The position numbers and the translations under genes are program-made. From Klebsormidium nitens (lineage: Eukaryota; Plantae; Klebsormidiophyceae): DNA of 64,000 bases. Location of the stretch: the NCBI GenBank assembly GCA_000708835.1, contig DF236989.1, forward strand, positions 186,001 through 250,000, in the 5' to 3' direction. Under the pieces are notes generated by a model. That model saw nothing but the letters and a program-made list of their open reading frames with translations. It searched no databases and was not told the DNA's origin. Position 1 is the first letter of the stretch. The number at the start of each line of letters is the position of its first letter. Below are positions 47,140 through 59,800 of the stretch, in pieces.

Positions 47140-50100
47140 ATGGCAGCTAAATTTGGCGGCAGCCTCTCAACGCTGCACTCGGGCGGGCTCCCGGCAGATT
47201 ACCTGGAGAAGCAGGAGCAGAAGACCAGATATGCCCGTGAGCTAGGTGAGACAGTTTCGGTAGCTAGAGAGAGGAAACTTTACTCGGCCCGGCACCTTAC
47301 TCCTAACTTTACCATGAGCAGGGTCACATCTGCTAAACGAATTTTACAATGAGTGGCTTTGCGCCAGTTTGCAGAGAGCTGGGATTGCTTTGTTGGCGCT
47401 TTAGAGCCCCCTTGCAGACGTCTTTAGGATCCTTGGAGCTTAATTGGGATGGCCTTTTGATTTAGCTCCATTAAAAGGGCCCTCCTGAGGACGTCAATTT
47501 TACAGATTGATTGGACGTCCGTAGGGAGTCTGTTGCAGGCTTTTGCCAAGCAGCCTGGTGATTTATTTTTCATTCGTCTTTGGTTCCACCTGGAGAGAAG
47601 TACTTTCAGATGCCGGTAATTGAGCTCGTTAACCCGATTTTCTCTAGCGCTTCTGAGCAATCAAGAGAAAGTTGTAAGCTAGTAAAGTCTCTGGGTCTGA
47701 ACCTGAAGGTTTGTACTCTTTGGAGAATCTCAGCCAATGCGTGGGCCTCTTAGAGTAAAACCTGACATCGGAAGGGATCTTAGGATATTGCCATCTCCCT
47801 TTGATTGAATTGCCATCTCTCTTTTGTCAATCAGTTCTGCATTACGATGTCAATATGAAACAATAGAAGTTTCACAAGGCCTCGTAAAGGCTGGTAAAAG
47901 TTAACAAGAGGCCGGGAGAGAGTTGTGCAGTGATATCCTTTTAGCCTGGCATCGCTCTAGAACGGCAATGAATCTAATAGGCAGTTAGAGTTATGCAGGA
48001 CGTTTTGATACAATCTGCGACAGGCCACTTGCTCACTCGCACACGTACTCAGCAACCGGTTCCTAACATCTTATCGGGACTCTTTTAGCATCAGTTTCCA
48101 GACACAGGGAAGAACATGATTGCAGATGAGGACGTATCATTATTTGGTGGGGACTCGACGTTTGATACGCTTCTTGATAATGGATTTTTGCAGAGCAGCA
48201 GATCCGAGACAAGAAGGAGCGTCTCCGTCGGGAGAAGGACGGCGGGGGCGCGCGCGGCCCTTTCGAGGCAAATCCGCAGACAGTCCACCAAAGGCGCCTC
48301 CTAGCTGACGGGGGGGCGGTCCTCGCAAATGCGAACGGGGGGCCGGATGACAGCTTGTCACCACAGTATTCGCAACCCCCCCATTTGTCATATCAAGGGC
48401 GGGAGGCTTATGACGCAGACCGCTCATACCCTATGCGAAGCCCAGAGGCTTATAACGCGGAGCGCTCGTTTCCTGGGCGGAGCCCGCCGTACAATTCGAC
48501 GCTGTCCCCGAATTCGGACAGCCAGAAAAACTGGTCGCCGGCAGCGGACGGTGTGAATGCGCTCCCAAGCGCCACGTGGCAGAGCCAGAACGAGCCGTGG
48601 TCGCCCGGGGGGGCGAGCCAGACGCTGTCTCCTGATTCCCGGTGGGGGGGTGAGTCGGGGCAGTCGGTGTCCCCTCCGAAAGCGAGGACTTTCATGAGTG
48701 GCGTGGCGGATCTGCACGGGGTGAAAGCAGCAGATCGCGTGAGAGAAGAGCAGAGACGGCAGGTGGGTATATGAAAAAGGGGGGGGAAATAGGGGGGAAA
48801 AACTTGAAAGGAAGGTGTGAGCTAATGCCCTGATGCGCTCTGATGAATTTAACTTGTGCTCGTTTGTGAGTCGAACCCGTTTCATCGAATGCTACCCATC
48901 GATTCGCTGACAATGACGCGAAGCGGGACAGGAAATGCTTGCGTTTGGATGTCTTGAATCCAGTGACGTCAAGGTGTCTGCTCATCGTTATTCCGAATTC
49001 CAATCCGCTTCTGGACAGAGAGGGCCGTTTGGATTGTCTTCAGACATTACTACAATCGGAAGCGAGCTTTCTAGGGATAGGAATGGGACCATCCAAGGTT
49101 TTCGCATGACCGAAACGAGCCTTCTTTGCCGCTTAACCACGGACAATCACCGACGCAAATAGAGCAAGCGGCGTTGAAAGGACGCGAGCATCACTGTGAC
49201 CACGGACACAGCTACGATTGCGTGCCGTCAAGCAACGCTTGAGAGTTTGCTTTCAAGCAAAAGCATGAAAGCCTACGTTGATCCCAGTCTCGAGGATGAG
49301 CTGGGCCTTTTCGACAGCGAAAAACCTAAAAATGTAACATTCTAGAGATCGGTTTGAAGGCAGCCTATCCCCACGCGGCACGTCAAGCGTTTTTACTTCT
49401 GGTCTTCTCCCAATCGCTTCTGCTTTACAGGGATACGCGATAAAACTGGAGTAGCAGGTTCCAGAACAAAGCGCGCGCAAATTGCGGCTAAGCGAACTCC
49501 GGAGACGGCCCCAGTGTTCGACATCTCTATTGCTCATCACTTTCAGGAATACGCGATGGAGCTGGAGCGACAGGTCCAGGAAAAGGCGCGCGCGAAAGCC
49601 GCGGAACGCGAAGCGCGCATCGCCCGGGAGCGTCGGGAAGAACAAGAGGCGGCAGCATACAACCCTTGGGGTCGGGGCGGGGGCGGGGCGCCCCTCCGAG
49701 ACCCGACCGGGGGAATCATTACCGAGCTTCGGGGCAGGAGAACGCAGCCTGACCAGGTAAGTTGGTCATGACAGGCTTCGCGTTGAGTTAGGCCTATCCG
49801 TCCTCTGTTGAGTGAAAGCAGGTATCCGAGCTTGAAGACACTGCAAGCCTACACCCACATGTACCATGCTCCACGAACACATCCACCTTGAATGCCCAAA
49901 CGAGCCCACCGTCCCCCGGACATTCAAAACTCAATAGAGTCGCGAGTGCGATTATAGTCCACTCTCGCCTCATAGGTTTACATATTGTTTGGTTTGACAT
50001 CGACTGTCAAAAGTATTTTGGTCGCTGGCCGGAAGCAATGCTTGTGCCCAACTATGTGGAGCCCAGAGTTTCCAAATTTTAATGATACTTCGTTGGAGGC

Positions 50101-53034
50101 TGACCGTCCGGTCCAAAAGAGATGCTTTTAACCAATCAACATAAAATCGAGCTCACTTTTGGCCAGGCTTCCCCCGGGCACTATGCAACCGGTTCCAGCC
50201 CGGGATCGTCAGGAGCGCTGGGCCTCGGTGGATTCCAACCGGCCGAGCAACAGACGAATTTCCGGCGGCGGAACCACTTCACGTCGGGGGCGGAGCAGCG
50301 GAACGGGGTGACGAGTCCCCTGGGACGGTCGGTAGAGTTCGCCGGGGAGACAATGAGCCCCCGGTTTGGGGGCGTCGGGTCACCCCCCGGGGGACCCTCC
50401 CGGGAGGATTTTGCTGAGCAAACAAGCGCAAGCGGGCAGGCGTGGCAGGAGGAAAAGGACGCAAACTGGGGTTCGCCCACGTCACAAACTTCGGACGGTG
50501 CGAAGGACGCGGACGGCGGGAACCATTCGTACGGGCGCATGCGGCAGGAGCGGATGTCCGAATGGGAGCGCGCGCAGTTCGCGCAGAAGCAGGCAGCCAA
50601 GGTGGGGGCGCGCGCGGTCAAGAAAGGCATCATCGGAAATCCATCTCAAAGATCAGACATTTGCACGCCTGACAAAATGACGCTCTTTTCAAGGATCAGA
50701 AAAAAGTGGCAACGAGATATCTCTTCAATGTTTAAAAGTGGAAGATCAAGCATGCGGTTGATCGGAAAACCTTCCTGACACGCGGAGCAAGAGAGTACTA
50801 CATGATTAGAGGAGGCCCTCAAGACGGGTGGGGGGGTTCATTTGAGAAAGGCAACCTGAAGCCGTTTGTATCTAGTAACTTCCAATTTTCCTCCACAAGC
50901 GCAACCCAAACGACACGCCAAAGAGAGAGAGACCGGGTTGATGGTCGAACGATAGATGACGCTCCCCTTCTCTTCCCTCCAAAGGCATCGACGGGCCGAT
51001 TGAGGAAAGGAAGCGAAATCCAATAGCAAGTGTTAGAGGTTTCAAAATACTTATGACGAGCATCCAGGCAGAATGTGCGCGCGCATATTGACAAAGTACT
51101 CGCGGGGAGGGGTTCTAACTCATAAAAGCTTGTACTTTTATTCTCAGGAGCGCGTTCAGGCGGAGTTGCGTGCTCAGATCGAAGAAAAGAAGCGGCGGAA
51201 AGACGAGGAGGACGCGCGGCGACGGCGCGAGGAGGAGGCACAGGAGCGCAGGATTGCGCAGGACCAGGTGAGGCTTTAGAGGCAGCTACTGAAACCCTTA
51301 GTCAACTTAAGAAACCCCTCTCTCCGGACGTCTTTGGAATCAACATCTATATCCTTCAAAATTGATTCCAACGCATCAGATTTGAAGATGTTGTTCCATC
51401 CGCTTTGCGGCTAGCTTAGGGACAGGACCAATTGAGGGTTTACAGGGTTAAAGAGCGTCGAGATCTGAACAGGGTCGTGAGTTAAAGCTTTGTAATGGAG
51501 CGCGAGGTCACGCACGAACAGGTCAGGTTTCGAATGCTCTTAAAGAGGAGCGTGCGTCAAAGCGATACCGATTGAGTTTCAGCCCTGAATGCTAGATTAA
51601 GGTCTCAGACCGTTAACTTTGTCAAGAGATCAATGTTGATCTCTTCGAGGCTATTGATTAAGGTGAGAGTGCACCGCTACTAGGTTTGACGCAAACCGTG
51701 GTAGATACTTCGGCGTTGTGCGAAACGCTTTGATACAAGCGCAAAACGACGCAGGACCAGGCAAGGGTTTAGGGGTTGTTAGAGCATCAGAGGAGCTCAG
51801 AATTGTGCGAGAAGCTTTGCGACACAGCACAACGACAAGATCGGGGATTAGAGTATTTTCAGGCGCCCATTATCAGTCGAGTTTGCCAGCTAGACAGATT
51901 GTAATGATGATCTGGCTTCAAAGAGGCTTTTCTTAAGCATCAACTCCATTTTTCGACCAGGAGCGAATGCGCGCCGCGTTCGAAGCCGAGCAGGCCAAAG
52001 CGCGTGCTAAGGCGACGCAATTCGAAGCCGCGGCCGCTACTGCGGCCGCGCCCGCCGGCAAGGCGGCCAAGGGTAGGCCCCGCGGCGGACAGGTGGTTGA
52101 GATTTCCGGTGACGATATCAAGTCTAAGGGTCTTGACAAGGCCTTTGAGGAGCCGGCCGCGGCAGCGCCGCCGGCCGCGCCATCGCCGCGACGGCGACCG
52201 GGGCGAGACCATAAAACGTCTGCGGACGAGGGTCTGGACGCGGCCGCGAGCGGAACGGAATCGTTTTCGAACGCCTTGACGGACAGAAGAGACGAAGTAG
52301 AGAAGGAGAGCTTTGGCAGACATCAAAGTGGGCCAGATTTAGGTCCGTTCAGAGGGCACTTGTACGATCCCCCAGTCAGCAAGTCGCCCCTCGGCAGACG
52401 AGCCGCACTTGGTAGAGTCGCGGAAGAGGACTCGCCGGACCGCCACGTGGGCGGCGGACCGGGGCGCCACGTGGCCGACGGCCATTCACCGGGAGGAGGC
52501 TTCTCGGAGATGGAAAAGTTCCAGATGCAGATGCGGCAGGAGCAAATGGAAATGATGCTCAGACTCGAACGGCAAGAGAGAGAGCTAGGCGATCTGCGCG
52601 CGGCCGCGCTGAGCTCGCAGGCTGAGGCACGTGCCGCGGTGTCGGAGCTCGAGAAGGTGCGATACGCTATGCGGCTCGGGGCCTCCCCCCTGGCGCGGAG
52701 CACAGACTCCGGGAAGCTGAGCTTAGAGTCGCCGGTGGGGCGGCTTGAGCTGGCGTTACTGCCCATCAACAGCAGCTTCGATTTCGGGGGGGTAGACGTC
52801 GCGGCTTCGATGCACTCGGAAAGCATGATGATCTACCCCCCAAACGCGAAGCTCGCGGGAGGCAGCCGGTTGCCTACCAGGAGCGGCCGGGGGGGGCTTC
52901 TACAGGGGGGAGAAGGGGAGGCGACGTATGACCCGATCGCGCTCGCGAGCGCGCGGCCGTTGTCGTCACTGCCCGGGGGACGGGCGATGCAGAATAGGCC
53001 GCCGTCCGCTCGGATTGCTGAGTCGAGCTCGTGA
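47140..53034 (+). CDS. CSPP1: Centrosome and spindle pole-associated protein 1 (CSPP1)/CCDC66-like coiled-coil protein, 837 aa
   Basis: Exons 47140-47245, 48194-48762, 49547-49756, 50167-50601, 51148-51267, 51961-53034; phases consistent. Signature YNPWGRGGGGAPLRD and repeated YxxELExQ(I/V)xEK coiled-coil motifs (ELRAQIEEKKRRK). Confidence 0.8.
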
Positions 53035-53895
53035 ATACCGTCGGATCTCTAAGCCCCTAGTTGTAGGACTCCTTCGCATGATGCAGCATGGTAAGCGAAA
53101 GCTTTGGAGAGGGTCTGCCGTTCCATCATACAACGTGGACGTTCGCTGTCGGGCGGCTGCTCTGATAGGCACGGCTTGTCAAACGCTTTTGTTCTCGGCA
53201 CGTTCGACCTCGTGAACAAATCGCTTTATGAAACTTGCTCCAGGACACAGATTTTCAAACGCTTACAGTTCGGTTTCATTGATGTCAATCGAATGGGTGG
53301 ATGCGTCTTTCGAGCGCTTGAATGGGTGTAACTTGTCAGCAGACACTTTTGCGATGCCCCTGCAAAACTGATGTTACTGAGTCGCCAGCCGACAGCACCC
53401 ATTCATGCAATCATGCGATTCGTACACGCACATTCAACAGCACGAAGTCAACATGTATGTTTCTCCACTGGCCGAAGTAACAACCTTTCTGTGGTCTGAT
53501 TCATACCAAGCATTCCCTGTGATTGGCAACCATATGCATAGACCTCAAAGCCATCATGTTAAGAGAAGTTCTTCTCTCGCTTGCAAAAGCGTTCAGACAA
53601 TCACTTCGAGGTAAAAAGTTGGTTTCGACAGATATTGTTGACCAGAACACTTGAAACAGGACATTCGCCCAACATCCTTACCCCTTATGATACAATTTCG
53701 ACGTCAAAGATTATTCTTCCCAACATTCTTCTCATTATTCAATCAGATGTGCAAACAAATATAGCATAGTCAAACACTGACACTGCACCTCGATTAAAGT
53801 TTCAAATTGAACCTGACCTGTCTTGTTCGACACATTTTCCCCCACAACTTTCCGACACTCGTTACCGCCACTTCCCAAAAGCAACATGATGGAGA

Positions 53896-56800
53896 TTAAG
53901 CGGGTGCGGGCGCTGCGGACGCTGCCGAACCGCCCGCTGAAACCGGGCTAGACGCACCAGACCCGGTTGAAGGAGGCGGGGCGAGGGCACTCGGTTGGCC
54001 ACTTGGTCGTGCACCGAGCGGCGCTTGTGCGTTGAAACTCAAAGACTCGACGGGGCCGTATACGAAGATGCCTTTGACACTGGGCGCATCCCGGCCGGTC
54101 GAGACGGCCTCGAACTGGATCGACATCATGTTGGTGTCGCATTGGACCGCCTGCAAAGAGAAGGAATATTATGTCGAAAGCGGAGACCTCGCGAACGAGG
54201 AGATTGATAGCAGACACGAAAATTCGAACTTCAATCCTTTCATTTAAGTTTGAGTACTTTTGAGATTGATGAAGAATTGGGTAAAGACGGGATGCAAAGG
54301 TGTCATGTAAGATACAAACTGAGAAAATGACCTGCCTAATAGTAAACTCCTCCTAGGTTGGGTAAGAAAGCGCTGCCTATTTACACCCGCCTGCGCCTTT
54401 GGGAGTGACAGACAAAACAGCCATCCTCAATGCATTGTCAAGCCGCCGCTCCCCGGTTTCGTCGACTGACAAGCAGTAACCACAGTATGCCAAGAAGTGA
54501 GGCACTTCAAAAGAATTTACTGTAGCTTCATAATCCAGAACCGGAAACCAACAGCTCTTGGGTTTATAAGAGCGGCACAAACGTACCTTTCCCTGTGATG
54601 GATCCGCTGCGAACTTGGCGTCCCCCGCCAGCGCGAACGGATCGATGGGCCCTATCGCGTCCGAGTTGTCGCCGTTGAAGTGCACGTAGAACAGGCGCAG
54701 ACCGGGCTTGTTCACATCAACGGTCGGGCTGCTGGGGCCGAGCGAGATCTCGGCGAAGTAGGCGGTTGCGTAGTAGATGCCGGGGGTGGGCAGCTGGATG
54801 CTGCAGGATAAGTAAAGAAAAATGAGAAAATACGTCATACAAAAGTGACCACGTGCTGAGTTTACGGAAGGTAAAGGCATCGGTAGTGATAGAGGTCGAG
54901 ATGTGGCGGGAAGAAAGGTGTTTTTGGAGAACAGGCGTCGCGTAGAAGATGCCGAGGCTGGGAAGTAGGGGGGTTTGGCGGGCGGTTGCAATGAAGTTCA
55001 AAAAGCTGAGGTGGACAATTTGAGGCGAATAGACTCGGACCAATGGCTTGAAGTGAAGAGAGGATAATGACTCTGCGGTTGGGGAACTCCACTGTTTTTC
55101 AAGATAACGTCTCCTCGCTTTTTTAGATCATCACTTCGATTAGGGTGCTATTTTCGTCTCCTCTCTACTTCAGCAGTCCATAGTCGATGGTAGGCATAGC
55201 ACCCGATAGACTTATTACGCACTGCAGGCTTTTCTTCACCTCCAAAAAGCAAGCACTGCAGCTACGGAGACTCACTAGTAGGCGTTGTATCCGATGAACT
55301 CGCTCTGGAAGATGGTGGGGTCGGACGTGTCAAAGATTCCGTTGGGGGTGTCGTACTGGTAGCCGCCCGTGGGGCCCTTGATGTTGGTCCTGCGCGAAAG
55401 GGAGCGAAAGTTTCCGTTTACGACTCACTGAGAAAGAGGGCAAGACAAACGAATAGTGGGTACTGCGATCGTTGAAAACAAAGGGGCAGAAGAAGGCGTC
55501 AAGAGCATTTTCTGAGCAGAAACCTCTAGCAGACTTACACCGCTGTATACCAAAGTTGCTCCAAAATACTTTAACGAGGAACTGAGGTTCTAAGGTCAGA
55601 ACATTGCGCTCTTAGCACTAGCGAGGGACTTGGTCGACAACGAGCTCGATCTACCAAGGAAACTCTGCAAACCTTGTTTCTGAGAGCTCGTGAACTTGCT
55701 TTCGTGACTTTGAAGATTTTGACACGAGACACTCTTGAAGTTTGAGCCCCTATCCCAGACAGGCAGGTCCGGCAGCTCCCACAAACTATGGAACAGTCAG
55801 CCTCTTCAATATCACCTGCTTCCGCTTTCTCTCCTTCCTTTTCTGGATGCACAGAACGCGCAAAAAAACTTGATGGCGCACAAAAAACATGAGAAGCTGC
55901 CTGGAATCAACTCCGATCAAAGAAAATTCAGTGGGGCTTACCCAACCAAGATAGTAAAATACTCGCTGCTGCCAGTTCCCAGAAATATATGTCACGGAGG
56001 TCTCTCACCTGCACCAGGTCCGACCGGGCGGCATGATGCCAGCCTGCGTCACGGGCGTCAGGCTGCTGACGCCATCGCTGCACCGGGACGAGTTGTTGGA
56101 GTCGTCCTCAAAAACCACTCCGCAGCTGGACACGTAACGAGGCCCGGCGGAGTTGATGGCGACGCTGAAGGCGAATGGCGGCGACCAGAGCGGGCAGGGA
56201 CCGGTGCAGTTGAGGCCCTGTCAGGAAAAGTGTTGGTGACTGAAGAGGGTTAGAAGTGGATTACCTTCAGAGGCTTCGATTCTGGAAGCTTTGGATTGGA
56301 AGCTACGTTGAAATGGGAAGGGCGGCGCCTAGTGGGGGCAGGGACCGGTGCATTTGAGGCCCTGTCGGGAGGGAAAACACCTCGCAGTCCCTACCTCTGG
56401 ACACACGTCAACAAAGAGGTTTCGGGTAACATCAGCAAACAACTTTCTTGGTTAGCAGTAACCCTACCTGAGGTGGCGCCCCATTGGCGGGGCAGCTCGG
56501 ATTTGCGGTCGCCGCCCCCGCGAACGTGGGCACCGGTGAAATCGGGGCCTGCGGAGCGTCTGCCGGAGTGTAGGCGAATGCAAACAGTGGATTCGGTGGG
56601 GGGGGTCCGACTGGCCCGGGTGGAGGGGGGGGTCCGCGAGGCGCGGGGGCAAGGCGCGACGACTGAGAACCGGGGGCCGGGGCTGGAGACCTGCACGGTC
56701 GAGATCAGAAATAGCAAGCTCGCATCTAACCCCGGAACTAACCCCAAACATAACCTGTTCCGCACCTGTACCCACCCTGAGACTGGAACTAACCGCACCC

Positions 56801-59800
56801 AGTGTGCTCAGCTTGCAAATCCTGCCCCTTACTATTCCTGGTATTGACACTCACCTATGGACTGTGCGCGGAGCAGGGGCAGGGGTAAAAGTGGTACTCG
56901 GGGTTGCCATTCCCGGTTGAATGAATAGGGCGCTGACGAAAGGGGGCAAAAGTGTGTTGATGTAGTTAGTGCCCCCCAGCGTGAAGTTGCTGAGCGTGAA
57001 GTTTTGGAGGGTCGAGAGGTCGGAGCCTTGGAAGCGAATGAGCAGAAAATCGGAGGTGACATTGACGGGCGCCTGCAGAAGAATGGGCGTTGTGTTTCAT
57101 TTTTGGAGGATAGAAGCTGCAGAACAGAAAGTTCAAAAAGAAGGCTCCTTTGGGCGAGCAGGAGAACAAGAAGATTTCAAGGTTTCGGGATGAATAAGAA
57201 ACTAGGTTTGAACTATAGCGCGGAAGGTTTTGCAAACTTCCAGAGAGACAAACTTGAGAAGTATTGGGGCGGATCCTCAGAGCTTCTGTGCTGGAGAGGC
57301 TAAAAGTCGAAATTGGTCTTTCTGAAGGATGCACGTTACAAAAGACGTCATTCTGACTCATTTCCAGAGGATCGTGTTCGCAAAGGGGGTCACAAGCGAC
57401 TACCTACCTGGTAGATGAAGACGCTGATGTTTTCGCCAGTTCGAGCGAAAACGTCCAGGTTTGACAGGATCTTCGTGTTTTGAAGAAAGACGTCGAAGAC
57501 GCGTTGTCCTGGGCCTGCAAACCGGGTTGTGACTCAGGATTGTGGTGAGATTCGTTCAGCAAGGAAGAAGGGTTAAACGTCAACCGCATACGGTCCGCAG
57601 CACAAAAGAGCAGTGCTTCTACGTTTGGAGAGAGATGGCTAACAAACTTCCGCAAGAATAGCCTTATGTAGCGAGTGTTTGTTGACGTGCAGCGCGATCA
57701 AAACAAAGCTCGTCAAGCTTTCATCTTAACGAAGACCCTTCATGCAGAAAGTGTTTGCCCAGAACGTGCCCGGCGTGAAGTGAAACCAAATTCAAGATAA
57801 GAACGCGTAACTGATGCAAGGAAGGCCACAGTGCAAGTCTCGGGGACTGGCACGTGCAGCTTGAGATGTTTCACGTGCAGCTTGAGATGTTTCACGTGCA
57901 GATTGAGCTGTTTCCTTGCCTCTTCCTAACGAAAAAGGTATGCTACAAGGCTTCCTTGTACCGCATCTGTGTCGTGCGTCGACATAAAAGAGCAAGTGGA
58001 GAACGACGGCCCTCTTTCTTCCAGACGCTCACCTGTCGCATTCAGGTCGGCGAAGTGCAGGTCGACGAGGTACGTCCCGTTGGCCACAGAGAACTTGTAC
58101 GAGAAGTTGCCCTGGCGCACGGTGGAGTAGAGGAAGTCGTCGTTGTCAGCGTTGTACGGAAGGAAGACCTGATACGGGTTGGTCAGCAACGCCACTCCTG
58201 CAGTGGAGATGAGAAGCAATTCAAGCGACATGGACAACTTTAAAAGTGGGTCCAAATTGGACATGAAGGAAGCCTTCAAGAGTGCGATTATGGCGGTCAG
58301 GAATTCGCAGCGGTTCTTAAACGGAACCAAGGTGTGGTACGGAATGAAGCCAGAGCATTCAATGGCTACCCGTCCGAGGACTTCAGGGTGTTGAACGTGC
58401 AGTGGTGAAGAGAACCGATGATCGTCGTGCATTAAAAGCAAGGGAGGGTTGAGCGGAGACCGGATGCATGGGTTGACGAGTAACGAGAGGAGCAGGCAAG
58501 AAGTCAACGCATTGGCTGTTCTGCGCATGCTCACCTCCCGAATAGTTCTGATCTGCATTGAAAATTACCCCGTTCCCGCTGATGACGTCAATCGCAGATC
58601 CGCAATCTACGGCGAGCGTGAGCTTCGTCGTGCTGACAAGGGGCGCAACGCGGATCGCCGAGACGGTGGCGTTCGTTCCGTTTAACCCGGCAAAATCGAT
58701 GCGGAGCAGACCATTCGATACGGAAGCTGCTGTCGATAGGCTATAGGGTGCGGGTGTATATACGTCTGCGGGACTGGGGGCAGGAGCCGAGGCTGGCGAG
58801 AGGGTATATGTCGAGTTGGCAATGATGTCGATGGCTGGGAACGCTTTCACGCCCTGCATCAGGAGAAACAGAAGAAAGCAGGTTCAGGCAAGGTTTGGTA
58901 GCCGTTAACGCAGGGGCAGAGCAAGATTCCCACAGGGGTCAAAGCAGGATTTGCTGCAGGGTGTAACGGCAGATTTCTATTCAGCAAAAGTGCGCCAACA
59001 GGCAAGTTGCGGTATTGAAGGAGTAGCTAAAACCGCACCTGATCTGGCAGTGGCGAAGTTAGGATCCGATCAGAAGCGAGATGACAAGGTGGAGCGAAAG
59101 CAGATGATAGAGCTTGTAGCGCAGGTGAATTCCGAGAGCTGTAACCTTTTTGTATCCTTGGATCAAATCGACACGTTCGGTTAGCAAACCCCACTCTGTG
59201 GAAAGGCTGACCGTCGGCTAACTGGATGTTCCGTCGAACAAGTGGATGTTGTAGCCAGAAATGAATCTCAAAGCCATAGATATGCGTACCTGGACGGCCA
59301 CTGTGAAAACCCGTTGGCCAGCCCTGCTGTAGTTGTCCTCCACAAAGTCGAGCTCGATCTGGTAGCTTCCCAGCGGCAGATTGAAGTAGTAGGAGAAGGA
59401 TGCGCCGGTCCGAGCGTAGGCGTAGATCGAAGGTTCGCGGCTTTGGGAGATCGAAGAGGGGGCCGGAGAGAGCAGATTCGTGAAGGTCGAAGTCGCTGTA
59501 AAAAAGGCGAAGGAGAGCGTGATGTTTTCTGACTTTCGGTTTCAAAGACGATATGGAGAAGAGCGTGTGTAACAAGAATAGCTTAAATGCGAGAAGCTGA
59601 GAGTTGCAAATCTCAGAAGCAAAAGTATGGGTCTAAAGAACTTTGGTCTTGATTCCTCTGGAACTATCAAAATCAAGAGATATAAGAGATGTATGACAGA
59701 GGCAAGCAAAGACAGGATGACCTACATCCCCCCACGTAGAAGGAGTCGGCAGAATACTTGGTGCCATCAGCTGCGGTATAGGAGGCGCTCGACCCTGCGT

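Noticed and set aside
57851-57905. Possible CRISPR-like repeat
   Set aside because: Direct tandem copies with no unique spacers, inside a eukaryotic intron, and no cas genes.
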